Shown here piece by piece: positions 9,923 to 19,352 of a DNA stretch of 64,000 nucleotides (position 1 is the first letter of the stretch; each line of letters opens with the position of its first letter). Source of the stretch: Synergistales bacterium 58_81. Its GTDB lineage: Bacteria > Synergistota > Synergistia > Synergistales > Thermovirgaceae. The translations under genes were made by a program, and so were the position numbers. The notes below the pieces were generated by a model that did no database searches, was not told where the DNA came from, and saw only the letters and a program-made list of their open reading frames with translations. The stretch is taken from the NCBI GenBank assembly GCA_001509095.1, contig LGGV01000001.1:3800-67799 (forward strand), in the 5' to 3' direction.

Positions 9923-10861
9923 TTGGACAGGATCATTGAAAGAGCCCTGAAGGGAGATCCCCGCTCGATCGCCAGACTTATTACCGTGGTCGAAAGCGAG
10001 AACGATCGGGCTAAGGAGATCATGAAGAAGATCTACCCTCACACCGGGAAGGCCCACATGATTGGTGTCACTGGTAGCCCCGGCGCAGGGAAAAGCACCT
10101 TTCTTGACAAACTGATCTCCTCCATGATGGCTTCGGGTCTGACCGTAGGGGTCATTGCCGTCGATCCATCGAGCCCCTTCACAGGTGGTGCGGTCCTCGG
10201 CGACAGGCTGAGGATGCAGCAGCACAGTCTCGATCCGGGAGTTTTCATTCGCAGCATGGGTACAAGGGGGTCCCTGGGGGGGCTCAGCCGTGGAACCTAT
10301 GAAGCGGCCCTCATCCTTGACGCCTGCGGCAAGGACATAGTCCTTATCGAGACAGTGGGTGTAGGTCAATCGGAGATAGACGTCGTCAAGATCGCCGACA
10401 CCGTAGCGCTGCTCCTCGTCCCAGGCATGGGCGACGACATTCAGATCATGAAGGCGGGCATAATGGAGATCGCCGATGTCTTCATTGTGAACAAGGCAGA
10501 CAGGGACGGTTCGGAGAGAGTGGTACGGGAGGTCAATATCATGCTTGACCTCCAGACGGGAAAAGACTGGAGGCCTCCGGTGATCCCTACTGTCGCCGAG
10601 AGTGGGGAAGGGGTGGAACTTGCCGCCGGAGCGCTCTCGGAACACCGGGAATTCCTGGCCTCTTCCGACGAGGGCAGGCGCAGAAAGCACAGGCGCCTGC
10701 GCCTGGAAGTGGAGGAGATACTGAAAAGGGAGATAGCCAAGATAGCCGAGGAGGCATGGGATAGCCGCATCGGTGGTGATGTCCTAGAAGATCTTGCTTC
10801 GCGCAGAAAGGACCCCTACACCGTGGCCGACGACCTCCTGTCGGAGTTCATCTCCCGCTAA
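9923..10861 (+). CDS. meaB: MeaB/ArgK-type G3E family GTPase (metallochaperone)
   Basis: Motifs GVTGSPGAGKSTF, ETVGVGQSE and VNKADRD. The N-terminus LDRIIERALKGDPRSIARLITVVE is typical. The start is uncertain (TTG 9923 or ATT 9911). The ORF-track start at 9608 is read-through over the small ORF. Confidence 0.8.
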   Translation: MDRIIERALKGDPRSIARLITVVESENDRAKEIMKKIYPHTGKAHMIGVTGSPGAGKSTFLDKLISSMMASGLTVGVIAVDPSSPFTGGAVLGDRLRMQQHSLDPGVFIRSMGTRGSLGGLSRGTYEAALILDACGKDIVLIETVGVGQSEIDVVKIADTVALLLVPGMGDDIQIMKAGIMEIADVFIVNKADRDGSERVVREVNIMLDLQTGKDWRPPVIPTVAESGEGVELAAGALSEHREFLASSDEGRRRKHRRLRLEVEEILKREIAKIAEEAWDSRIGGDVLEDLASRRKDPYTVADDLLSEFISR

Positions 10862-10892
10862 CGGTCCATCAAGGCGGCAGTCGGGCAAGTGA

Positions 10893-12035
<1,143 letters not shown>

Positions 12036-12065
12036 CAGGCCCAACTGTTTAGGGGGTGATCGGGG

Positions 12066-12842
12066 TTGCTGGAAAGAACGGCCCTTTTTTTGGTCTTCCT
12101 GGTCTGGTCCCTGGTAGTGACGCCTCTATCCATCTACCTGTCACGGCAGTACAGGATCATCGATGAACCGGGAGGAAGAAAGAAGCACTCCATGGCGACC
12201 CCAAGGGGAGCCGGGGTTGTCATCTGGGTAGGTTATCTGCTTTACGCTGTCCTCTTTCCCGATCCTGGTGATGGTGTCAGGATCATTGCCACTGGAGCTA
12301 CAGCGGTCTTCCTGTTCGGCTACATGGATGACATGCACCCCCTTCCAGCATTGTGGAAACTGGCGGTCCACCTTACGGTCGCTCTGGTCATTGCCTGGGC
12401 CGTTCCTGCCTCTCCGGTCGTAAAGGCGGCCGTCGTGCTCTGGGTTGCCGGAACGACCAGCGCCTACAACCTTGTGGACGGTATCAACGGACTTTCACTG
12501 ACCATATTTTCCCTTACGGCCCTGATGGGCCTCATCCTTACGGGTGAGCAGTGGTGGGCTGTGGCATTGGGTCTCTCTCTCGGAGTGCTCCCCTGGAACT
12601 ATCCTTTTGCGAAAACCTTCCTGGGGGACGGTGGCAGCACTTTGCTGGGTTTCCTCTGCGTCTCCCAGTTCACCAGGGAACTCCCGTTCCTTCTTGAAGG
12701 AGAGGGTATCATGGTATGGCTTGCGGCCATGCTCCTTATCGGAGGAGTACCAGTTATCGACACTCTTTTCTCCTTTGCCAGAAGGGTGATAAAGGGATCT
12801 TCCCCCTTCCGCCGTCTGTTGCGTGATCGGCACCAGACCTGA
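12066..12842 (+). CDS. Glycosyltransferase family 4 polyprenyl-phosphate HexNAc-1-P transferase (WecA/TagO-like), apparently C-terminally truncated
   Basis: Motifs IIDEPGGRKKH, GYMDDM, NLVDGINGLS and FLGDGGSTLLGF. The ORF ends right after IKGSSPF, without the usual downstream His-rich loop and last TM helices. 258 aa versus roughly 340-370 expected for this family. Confidence 0.7.
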   Translation: MLERTALFLVFLVWSLVVTPLSIYLSRQYRIIDEPGGRKKHSMATPRGAGVVIWVGYLLYAVLFPDPGDGVRIIATGATAVFLFGYMDDMHPLPALWKLAVHLTVALVIAWAVPASPVVKAAVVLWVAGTTSAYNLVDGINGLSLTIFSLTALMGLILTGEQWWAVALGLSLGVLPWNYPFAKTFLGDGGSTLLGFLCVSQFTRELPFLLEGEGIMVWLAAMLLIGGVPVIDTLFSFARRVIKGSSPFRRLLRDRHQT

Positions 12843-13932
12843 GGCGATCAAGATGGCCCCGGTCATACTGAAGCTCAGGGAGAGCGCCTCTCTTGCGCCC
12901 TTTGTCCTGGCCACGGGGCAGCATACCGGGATGATGAGGCAGCCCCTCGACTTTTTTGGAATCGAGCCCGATGTGGACCTGGCTCTTATGAAAGAGAGCC
13001 AGAGCCTCGACTACATCACATCAAAGGTGCTGGAGGGAGTCGGAAAGGTTCTCGATGAACTGCGGCCCTTTTTTGTCCTGGTCCACGGCGACACCACCAC
13101 TACCATGGCTTCCTCCCTGGCGGCTTTCTACAGACGATCAAGGCTCGGTCATGTCGAGGCTGGTCTAAGGAGCGGAGATCTCTTCCTGCCCTTCCCCGAG
13201 GAGCTGAACAGGATGATCTCCGACCGGGTAGCGGGCTGGTGGTTCCCGCCCACGGAAGGTGCAGAAAAGAACCTGATAAAAGAAGGTTGTGACCCCTCAA
13301 GGGTCATCAGGACAGGCAACACTGTCATAGATGCCCTGGTCCTGGCTACCTCGAAGGTGACAACCCCCTGCTGTGGTGATCTCTCGTCAATTCCGGCAAA
13401 GGCGCCGGTCATGCTTCTGACAGCTCACAGAAGGGAGTCCTGGGGTGAGCCGCTCAGGAGGATCTGTACCGCCGTCAGGAGTATCATGAAAGAGAACCCC
13501 GACCTATGGGCGATAGTCCCGATGCATCGGAACCCGGAGGTCAGGAAGGTTTTTCATGACATCCTTTCCGATGAGTCAAGGGTTGTCCTCTGCGACCCTC
13601 TGGATTACCCCGATTTTATCTGGGCAATGAAGAGGAGCGATCTTATCCTTACCGACAGCGGAGGAGTCCAGGAGGAGACCACCATCCTGAAAGTTCCCAC
13701 CCTGGTCATGAGAGAGCTGACCGAAAGGCCCGAGGCTGTGGATTACGGGACCTCTCTTCTCGTCGGGACCGACCCTGAGAGGATCCTGACAGCGGCAAGG
13801 AGGGCACTGGAATATGGTCTGGAAGGCCTATCCGGAGGACAGCCAGGGAAGAACCCCCCCTTCGGATCGGGGGAGGCGTCTGACAGGATCGTAAAGACCA
13901 TCGAGAGCCTGTTCCTGAAAGAGATGAGATAA
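12823..13932 (+). CDS. wecB: UDP-N-acetylglucosamine 2-epimerase (non-hydrolysing)
   Basis: Motifs GTRPEAIKMAPV, HVEAGLRS and DSGGVQEE. The earliest possible start is GTG 12823, because in-frame stops lie at 12787-12792. That leaves only 2 residues before GTRPE, so the usual beta-1 strand residues are missing. Confidence 0.8.
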   Translation: MIGTRPEAIKMAPVILKLRESASLAPFVLATGQHTGMMRQPLDFFGIEPDVDLALMKESQSLDYITSKVLEGVGKVLDELRPFFVLVHGDTTTTMASSLAAFYRRSRLGHVEAGLRSGDLFLPFPEELNRMISDRVAGWWFPPTEGAEKNLIKEGCDPSRVIRTGNTVIDALVLATSKVTTPCCGDLSSIPAKAPVMLLTAHRRESWGEPLRRICTAVRSIMKENPDLWAIVPMHRNPEVRKVFHDILSDESRVVLCDPLDYPDFIWAMKRSDLILTDSGGVQEETTILKVPTLVMRELTERPEAVDYGTSLLVGTDPERILTAARRALEYGLEGLSGGQPGKNPPFGSGEASDRIVKTIESLFLKEMR

Positions 13933-13995
13933 TGGAAAGAACCGACCGTCAGGCTGATAGAATTTTCCTTGTGGGGTGATCATTTGAACTACAAG

Positions 13996-15267
13996 ATGTT
14001 GATCCACGGGGGCAAACCCCTTGAAGGGTCCGTAATTGTCCAGGGAGCCAAGAACGCGGCCCTCCCGGTGATCGCGTCATCCCTGCTCCTGAGGGATAGA
14101 ACGCTGCGTCTGAAGAGGGTCCCCAAACTTCAGGATGTCTTCACTATGGCCGATCTTCTGAGGCACCTGGGTGCGAGCATCAATTTCAAGGATAACGAGA
14201 TGAGCATTTTTGTCCCCGATGAGCTTAACTGGGAGACCCCGAAATCGCTGGTAAGGAAGATGCGCGCATCTTCCCTGGTGTTGGGCCCGCTACTGGCCAG
14301 GACCGGAAGGGCGATCCTTCCCCTTCCCGGAGGGTGTGCCATAGGAAGCAGGCCCATCGATCTTCACCTAAAGGGTCTTGTAAAGCTCGGGGCGAACATC
14401 AACCTCGTACACGGTGCGGTCCATGCCAGTGCCGACGGTTTGAAAGGAGCAAAGATCTACCTGGACTTCCCCTCCGTCGGAGCCACGGAGAACCTTCTCA
14501 TGGCCGCGGTCTTTGCGGAAGGGGAGACCGTCATCGAAAATGCCGCCCGTGAGCCTGAGATAAGGAACCTGATAGAAACGCTGAACCTTATGGGTTGCTC
14601 CATAGAAGGAGCCGGGACAGGCACTCTTCACGTAAGAGGCACCGGTGATCTTGAAGGGGCCGAGATAGAGATAATACCCGACAGGATCGAGGCCAGCACC
14701 TACCTTATCGCCGGGGCGGCCACAAGGGGTGACGTAACCGTCACCCGTGTCATCCCGGAACACCTCGATGCCATTACGGCGAAGCTCGAGGAAGCGGGAG
14801 TCGGGATCGAGACGGGGGAGGATAGCGTCAGGGCTTTCAACAGGGCCCCCATGAAGAGTGTCTCCCTGAAGACTCTTCCATACCCGGGTTTCCCTACCGA
14901 CGTCCAGCCCCAGTTCACAGCCTTCATGGCCACCACCGAGGGTACCGGCATCATCCAGGAGAGTGTCTTTGAATCCCGTTTCCTCCACGTGAGCGAACTC
15001 AAGAGGATGGGTGCCAATATTGAACTCCAGGGAAACACGGCAGTTGTCACCGGGGTCCCCGGCCTGAACGGAGCCGACGTGAGGGCCACGGACCTGAGGG
15101 CAGGTGCTGCCCTTGTGATAGCCGGGCTATCCTCTTCGGATGAGACCTCCCTCTTCGGCCTTGGTCATATCTGGCGTGGTTATGAGGCTATGGACGAGAA
15201 GATCAGGTCCCTTGGGGGCCAGGTAAAGATCGTCGTATCCGAGGAGAACGGGGACCACAAGTGGTGA
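13996..15267 (+). CDS. murA: UDP-N-acetylglucosamine 1-carboxyvinyltransferase
   Basis: Motifs VQGAKNAALPVIA, active-site LPGGCAIGSRPIDLH, and RGYE near the C-terminus. ATG at 13996. Confidence 0.95.
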   Translation: MLIHGGKPLEGSVIVQGAKNAALPVIASSLLLRDRTLRLKRVPKLQDVFTMADLLRHLGASINFKDNEMSIFVPDELNWETPKSLVRKMRASSLVLGPLLARTGRAILPLPGGCAIGSRPIDLHLKGLVKLGANINLVHGAVHASADGLKGAKIYLDFPSVGATENLLMAAVFAEGETVIENAAREPEIRNLIETLNLMGCSIEGAGTGTLHVRGTGDLEGAEIEIIPDRIEASTYLIAGAATRGDVTVTRVIPEHLDAITAKLEEAGVGIETGEDSVRAFNRAPMKSVSLKTLPYPGFPTDVQPQFTAFMATTEGTGIIQESVFESRFLHVSELKRMGANIELQGNTAVVTGVPGLNGADVRATDLRAGAALVIAGLSSSDETSLFGLGHIWRGYEAMDEKIRSLGGQVKIVVSEENGDHKW

Positions 15268-15294
15268 TCAAATAATAGAGACGGGGAATGAGAA

Positions 15295-16404
15295 TTGGCG
15301 TGGCTAAGAAGCATTATCAGGAACGATCTGGCAGGTGTGGACAAATACCGTTACGGGAAACCCGTGAGTGAGCTTCAGAGAGAGCTGGGGTTAGAGAGGG
15401 TGGTTCGCCTGAGCTCCAACGAGAACCCCTGGCCCCTTCCGGGATCGGTCATAAATGCGATCCAGACCAGCCTGGAGAACGTAAACCGTTATCCCGACCC
15501 TCAATCCCAAAGACTCAGGAAGCTTCTTGCCCAAAAGTGGGGAGTTTCGACGAGGGAGGTCATAATCGGGGCCGGAACCGAGGGGATCCTGCACTCCCTC
15601 TTCCATTCGATAATAGAGTTCGGCGATGAGATCGTCTGTCCTGTGCCGTCCTATCCCCTCTACAGGATAGCGGCCATCGCTTCAGGAGCACGGTTCATCG
15701 AGGTACCTGCCTGCGAAGGCGGGACCTGGGAGATTGGGGATATAATCAGGGCCTGTACGGAAAGGACCAAGGCAGTGATTCTGTCAAACCCATGCAACCC
15801 CCTCGGAACGATAATGGAGAGGGATAGGATGCTCAACCTGGCTCATGAGCTGGACTCCAGGCAGGTCCTGCTTGTCGTGGACGAAGCCTATGCCGAGTAC
15901 GTGGAGGATCCTGGATACCTCTCAGGGATAGACCTGTTCAGGGATATCGGAAGGATAGTAATTACCCGGACCTTCTCCAAGATCTACGGGCTTGCATCTC
16001 TGCGTGTAGGGTATGCGATCGCGCCGAAGACCGTAGTCGAAGCCTACGACAAGCTTCACCCTGTATTCGAGGTGAGCAGGGTGGGGCAGTATGCAGCCCA
16101 TGCCGCCCTGCTTGAGACCGATTTCATCAGGAATATCAGGCTGAAGACCGTTTCGGAGAGGACCAGGCTTGTAAGGTCCCTTTCGGAGACAGGGATCCCA
16201 ACAGAACCCACCCGGACGAACTTCATTCTCCTGAGACATCGGCAGAGCGACGAGATCTATGAACGTCTCCTTCACGAAGGGGTGATAGTCAGAAAGGCCA
16301 GCGACCTCGGTCTGAAGGGGTACCTAAGGGTCACCGTCGGATTGCCTGAGGAGAACGAATTCTTCGTCTCATCACTGAAAAAGGTGCTGGTGCAGCTTGG
16401 CTGA
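15295..16404 (+). CDS. hisC: Histidinol-phosphate / aromatic aminotransferase (class II)
   Basis: Motifs LSSNENPWPLP, SNPCNP and RTFSKIYGLASLRVGY (PLP lysine). TTG start. No other his genes are nearby, so the physiological substrate is uncertain. Confidence 0.8.
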   Translation: MAWLRSIIRNDLAGVDKYRYGKPVSELQRELGLERVVRLSSNENPWPLPGSVINAIQTSLENVNRYPDPQSQRLRKLLAQKWGVSTREVIIGAGTEGILHSLFHSIIEFGDEIVCPVPSYPLYRIAAIASGARFIEVPACEGGTWEIGDIIRACTERTKAVILSNPCNPLGTIMERDRMLNLAHELDSRQVLLVVDEAYAEYVEDPGYLSGIDLFRDIGRIVITRTFSKIYGLASLRVGYAIAPKTVVEAYDKLHPVFEVSRVGQYAAHAALLETDFIRNIRLKTVSERTRLVRSLSETGIPTEPTRTNFILLRHRQSDEIYERLLHEGVIVRKASDLGLKGYLRVTVGLPEENEFFVSSLKKVLVQLG

Positions 16405-17239
16405 AAAGAAGCAGAGCCCCCTTCTCGATGATGTCAGGGTCTTTGCCTTTGTCGGGTCCGCCGGGACAGGCAAGAGCCAGAGAGCACAGCTGGTGGCACT
16501 TGAACTTGGCGTGGATTTCATTATCGACGACGGGCTTCTCATCAGGAAGGGACAAATCGTCAGGGGGAAGAGCGCAAAGACCGAAAAGAATCAGGTCAGG
16601 GCAATAAGGAGAGCCCTTTTCGAGTATCCCGACCATCGAAGGGCCGTTGTGGAGTACCTCTCCTTGTCGCAGCCCTGTTCGGTGATGATTATCGCCACCT
16701 CATCGGGAATGGTGTCCCGCATCCTGGCCAACCTGGGCCTTCCGGAGCCCGAGAAGATCATCCGCATAGAGGAAGTCTCCTCGCCAGAGGAGATATCCCG
16801 GGCAAAGAAGGAGAGGTCCTTCAAAGGTCAGCACGTCATACCTGTCTCCCACATCCAGGTCAGGAAACACTTTGCCGGGAAACTGGTCGGGAGACTGAAG
16901 GTCCTTTTCGATAACTCCGACAGCATGGAGGGAGAGAAGACCATCGTCCGACCCCCCTTCAAGTTCTTCGGAGAGGTCAGCATCGATCCTGAGGCTATAA
17001 GCCAGATGGCACGTTTCATCGCCGAGAGGACCTCCCAGGTATCCTCGGTAGTTTCGGTCCAGACCAGACCCGCCAACGAAGGGATAGCGATACATATGGA
17101 ACTGGGATACAGGCCAGGACAGAGATCGATGGTCCTTCTCGGTGACAGCCTGCGCGAGAGGATCTCCAAGGCCGTGGCGGGGATCACCGGACTGGACGTT
17201 CTTCGTGTCGACATATCTTTTGTGGGGGTTGAGATCTAA
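16397..17239 (+). CDS. Hypothetical protein: N-terminal Walker-A (P-loop) domain and C-terminal Asp23/Gls24-like domain
   Basis: The N-terminus has FAFVGSAGTGKSQRA. The C-terminus (GEVSIDPEAISQMARFIAERTSQV...GIAIHMELGYRPG...ITGLDVLRVDISFVGVEI) follows the Asp23-family pattern. It overlaps hisC by 8 nt and its TAA stop overlaps the udg ATG. Confidence 0.6.
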   Translation: MAEKKQSPLLDDVRVFAFVGSAGTGKSQRAQLVALELGVDFIIDDGLLIRKGQIVRGKSAKTEKNQVRAIRRALFEYPDHRRAVVEYLSLSQPCSVMIIATSSGMVSRILANLGLPEPEKIIRIEEVSSPEEISRAKKERSFKGQHVIPVSHIQVRKHFAGKLVGRLKVLFDNSDSMEGEKTIVRPPFKFFGEVSIDPEAISQMARFIAERTSQVSSVVSVQTRPANEGIAIHMELGYRPGQRSMVLLGDSLRERISKAVAGITGLDVLRVDISFVGVEI

Positions 17240-17850
17240 TGACTTCGGAGAGAGATATCCCCCTCGATAGAAGGGATGAAGCTTGGGGGAGACTTGTTCT
17301 TGCGGCGCAAAAATGCGAGAAGTGTCCCCTTGCCCCGGGACGAAAGAACGTGGTCTTCGGCGACGGGGACCGGTCCACGCGCCTTCTATTCATAGGCGAG
17401 GCGCCCGGTGCAGAGGAGGACGAACAGGGTATTCCCTTCGTTGGGAAGGCCGGTCAGCTCCTGACAAGGATCCTCGAGGCTGCGGGTATCGACAGGAAGG
17501 GTATCTACATCACTAACGTAGTAAAATGCAGACCCCCGGGGAACCGGGTCCCCTCTATAGAGGAGATGCACGCCTGCGAGGACATCCTCAAGGGCCAGGT
17601 CGCGCTGATAAATCCTTCGATCATCGTCTGTCTCGGGGCCACCCCGACGAAGTGGATCCTCAAGACGGGGCCGGGAGAAAGCATATCAAAGATCAGAGGG
17701 AAGTGGTTCGACTGGAAGGGCATCAGGGTAATGCCCATGTTCCATCCCAGTTTTCTCCTGCGGAACCAGTCGAAGAAGAAGGGGAGCCCAAGAGAACTTA
17801 CATGGATAGATATCCAGGAGGTCAGGGACCGTTGGCTGGAATGCAGATAG
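17239..17850 (+). CDS. udg: Uracil-DNA glycosylase, family 4
   Basis: Motifs CEKCPL, FIGEAPGAEEDEQGIPFVGKAGQLL, NVVKCRPPGNR and HPSFLLR. Confidence 0.9.
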   Translation: MTSERDIPLDRRDEAWGRLVLAAQKCEKCPLAPGRKNVVFGDGDRSTRLLFIGEAPGAEEDEQGIPFVGKAGQLLTRILEAAGIDRKGIYITNVVKCRPPGNRVPSIEEMHACEDILKGQVALINPSIIVCLGATPTKWILKTGPGESISKIRGKWFDWKGIRVMPMFHPSFLLRNQSKKKGSPRELTWIDIQEVRDRWLECR

Positions 17851-18542
17851 AGGTCGGGAAGAAGGTGCCGTCCCACGTGGCGGTGATAATGGATGGGAAC
17901 GGACGGTGGGCCCTTCAAAGGGGCCTCCCCCGACTGGCAGGACATCGTGAGGGCGCCAAAGCCGTGGAGAGAGTGATACGGGCTGCGGCAGCCTCGGGTC
18001 TAAAATACCTTTCCCTTTTCACCTTCTCCACGGAGAACTGGAGGCGACCGAAGGCCGAGGTAGAAGGTCTCATGTCGCTGCTTGGCTCCTATCTCAGGTC
18101 CAAAAAGGAAGAACTCGTTAAGAACAGGATAAGGATGGTCTTCTCGGGGAGGATCGAACAGCTCCCCCAAGGCCTCAGGCAGGAGATCCACCTTTTCGAA
18201 AGAGCCACTGACCCGGGAGACCTGCTGACCGTGGTGGTCTGCCTGAACTACGGCGGCAGGCAGGAGATCGTCGACGCCGTGAACGGCCTGCTCAAGAGGG
18301 GTTTCAAGGGGGAGATCACAGAAGAACTTATATCCGCCAACCTTTACAGGCCCGAGATCCCCGATCCCGATCTGGTAATAAGGACCAGCGGGGAGTTGAG
18401 GATGAGCAATTTTCTGCTATGGGGATCGGCCTACGCCGAGTTGTATTTTACGGACACCCTCTGGCCTGATTTCGGCGGTGAGGACCTCCAGAAAGCCCTC
18501 GATCAATACTCCGGCAGGGAGAGAAGATATGGAGCAGTCTAG
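17841..18542 (+). CDS. uppS: Undecaprenyl (isoprenyl) diphosphate synthase
   Basis: Motifs HVAVIMDGNGRWA, FSTENWRRP and RTSGELRMSNFLLWGSAYAELYF. ATG 17841 overlaps the udg end by 10 nt. The ORF-track start at 17526 is read-through. Confidence 0.95.
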   Translation: MQIEVGKKVPSHVAVIMDGNGRWALQRGLPRLAGHREGAKAVERVIRAAAASGLKYLSLFTFSTENWRRPKAEVEGLMSLLGSYLRSKKEELVKNRIRMVFSGRIEQLPQGLRQEIHLFERATDPGDLLTVVVCLNYGGRQEIVDAVNGLLKRGFKGEITEELISANLYRPEIPDPDLVIRTSGELRMSNFLLWGSAYAELYFTDTLWPDFGGEDLQKALDQYSGRERRYGAV

Positions 18543-19350
18543 ATCCTCAGCCAGGGACCTGGCCATACGTTCCGCAACCGGCCTCGTCCTGGGGCTGGCC
18601 ATCCTGGGAGGTATCTATCTAGGGAACCCCTACTGGTTCGCCCTCTGTCTGGTTATCTGCATGGTCTCCCTGGGTGAGTTCTATAGGATGATAAGCCGGA
18701 AGGGACATGTATCGAGGGTCGTCGGCTTCGGGGCCGGTGTCTCCTCCCTCTTTGCGGCGGTTTACTCCAATGATCCTGCAGTAATGCTTCCTCTTATGGC
18801 TGCAGCCCCGATCCTGGTCCTCTTTGTCGAGGTGGCGAGGAAGCACATTCTTGGCGAGAGCCATGGCATAACCAGCTCCGGGGGTACCGCAGCCGGGATC
18901 CTCTATATTGTTCTTCCCTGGTCCTTTATGGTGGTGCTCCGGGATCACATGTGGGGGAGCTACCTTCTGGTAGCCCTCTTTGCATGTACCTGGTCGTGCG
19001 ATGTTTTCGCCTACCTCGTGGGCTCAAGGTGGGGTAACACGCTACTTTGCCCGGCCGTAAGCCCCAGGAAGACCGTTGAGGGTTTCCTGGGCGGTCTGGC
19101 GGGAAGCCTTCTATGCGGAGGAGCACTGGCTTACTACTGGGGTATGTCTCCTCTTCCGATCATAATTATTGCCCTCTTTTGCGGCACTTTCGGCCAGGTA
19201 GGGGACCTGGCCGAATCCCTTCTCAAGAGGGAGGCAGATATCAAGGATTCAGGTGACATCATCCCCGGTCACGGGGGGATGCTTGACAGGTTCGACAGCA
19301 TCCTCGTCAACTCCGTTCTGGTCTTTATCGTCTTCGGAGTGCTCTGGTAG
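18529..19350 (+). CDS. cdsA: Phosphatidate cytidylyltransferase
   Basis: Multi-TM protein with the signature SLLKREADIKDSGDIIPGHGGMLDRFDS. ATG 18529 overlaps the uppS end. Confidence 0.9.
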   Translation: MEQSRSSARDLAIRSATGLVLGLAILGGIYLGNPYWFALCLVICMVSLGEFYRMISRKGHVSRVVGFGAGVSSLFAAVYSNDPAVMLPLMAAAPILVLFVEVARKHILGESHGITSSGGTAAGILYIVLPWSFMVVLRDHMWGSYLLVALFACTWSCDVFAYLVGSRWGNTLLCPAVSPRKTVEGFLGGLAGSLLCGGALAYYWGMSPLPIIIIALFCGTFGQVGDLAESLLKREADIKDSGDIIPGHGGMLDRFDSILVNSVLVFIVFGVLW

Positions 19351-19352
19351 TC

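Noticed and set aside
17526-17840. Long N-terminal extensions in the ORF track: uppS from 17526, meaB from 9608, AMMECR1 from 36730, hutH from 38384, recN from 55317, rplU from 57031, cdsA from 18478, speE from 23170, queA from 34369, rpmB to 50574.
   Set aside because: The extensions overlap the preceding gene in another frame, are compositionally odd, and lack an RBS. Internal ATG/TTG starts with Shine-Dalgarno sequences give proteins that match the family N-termini.
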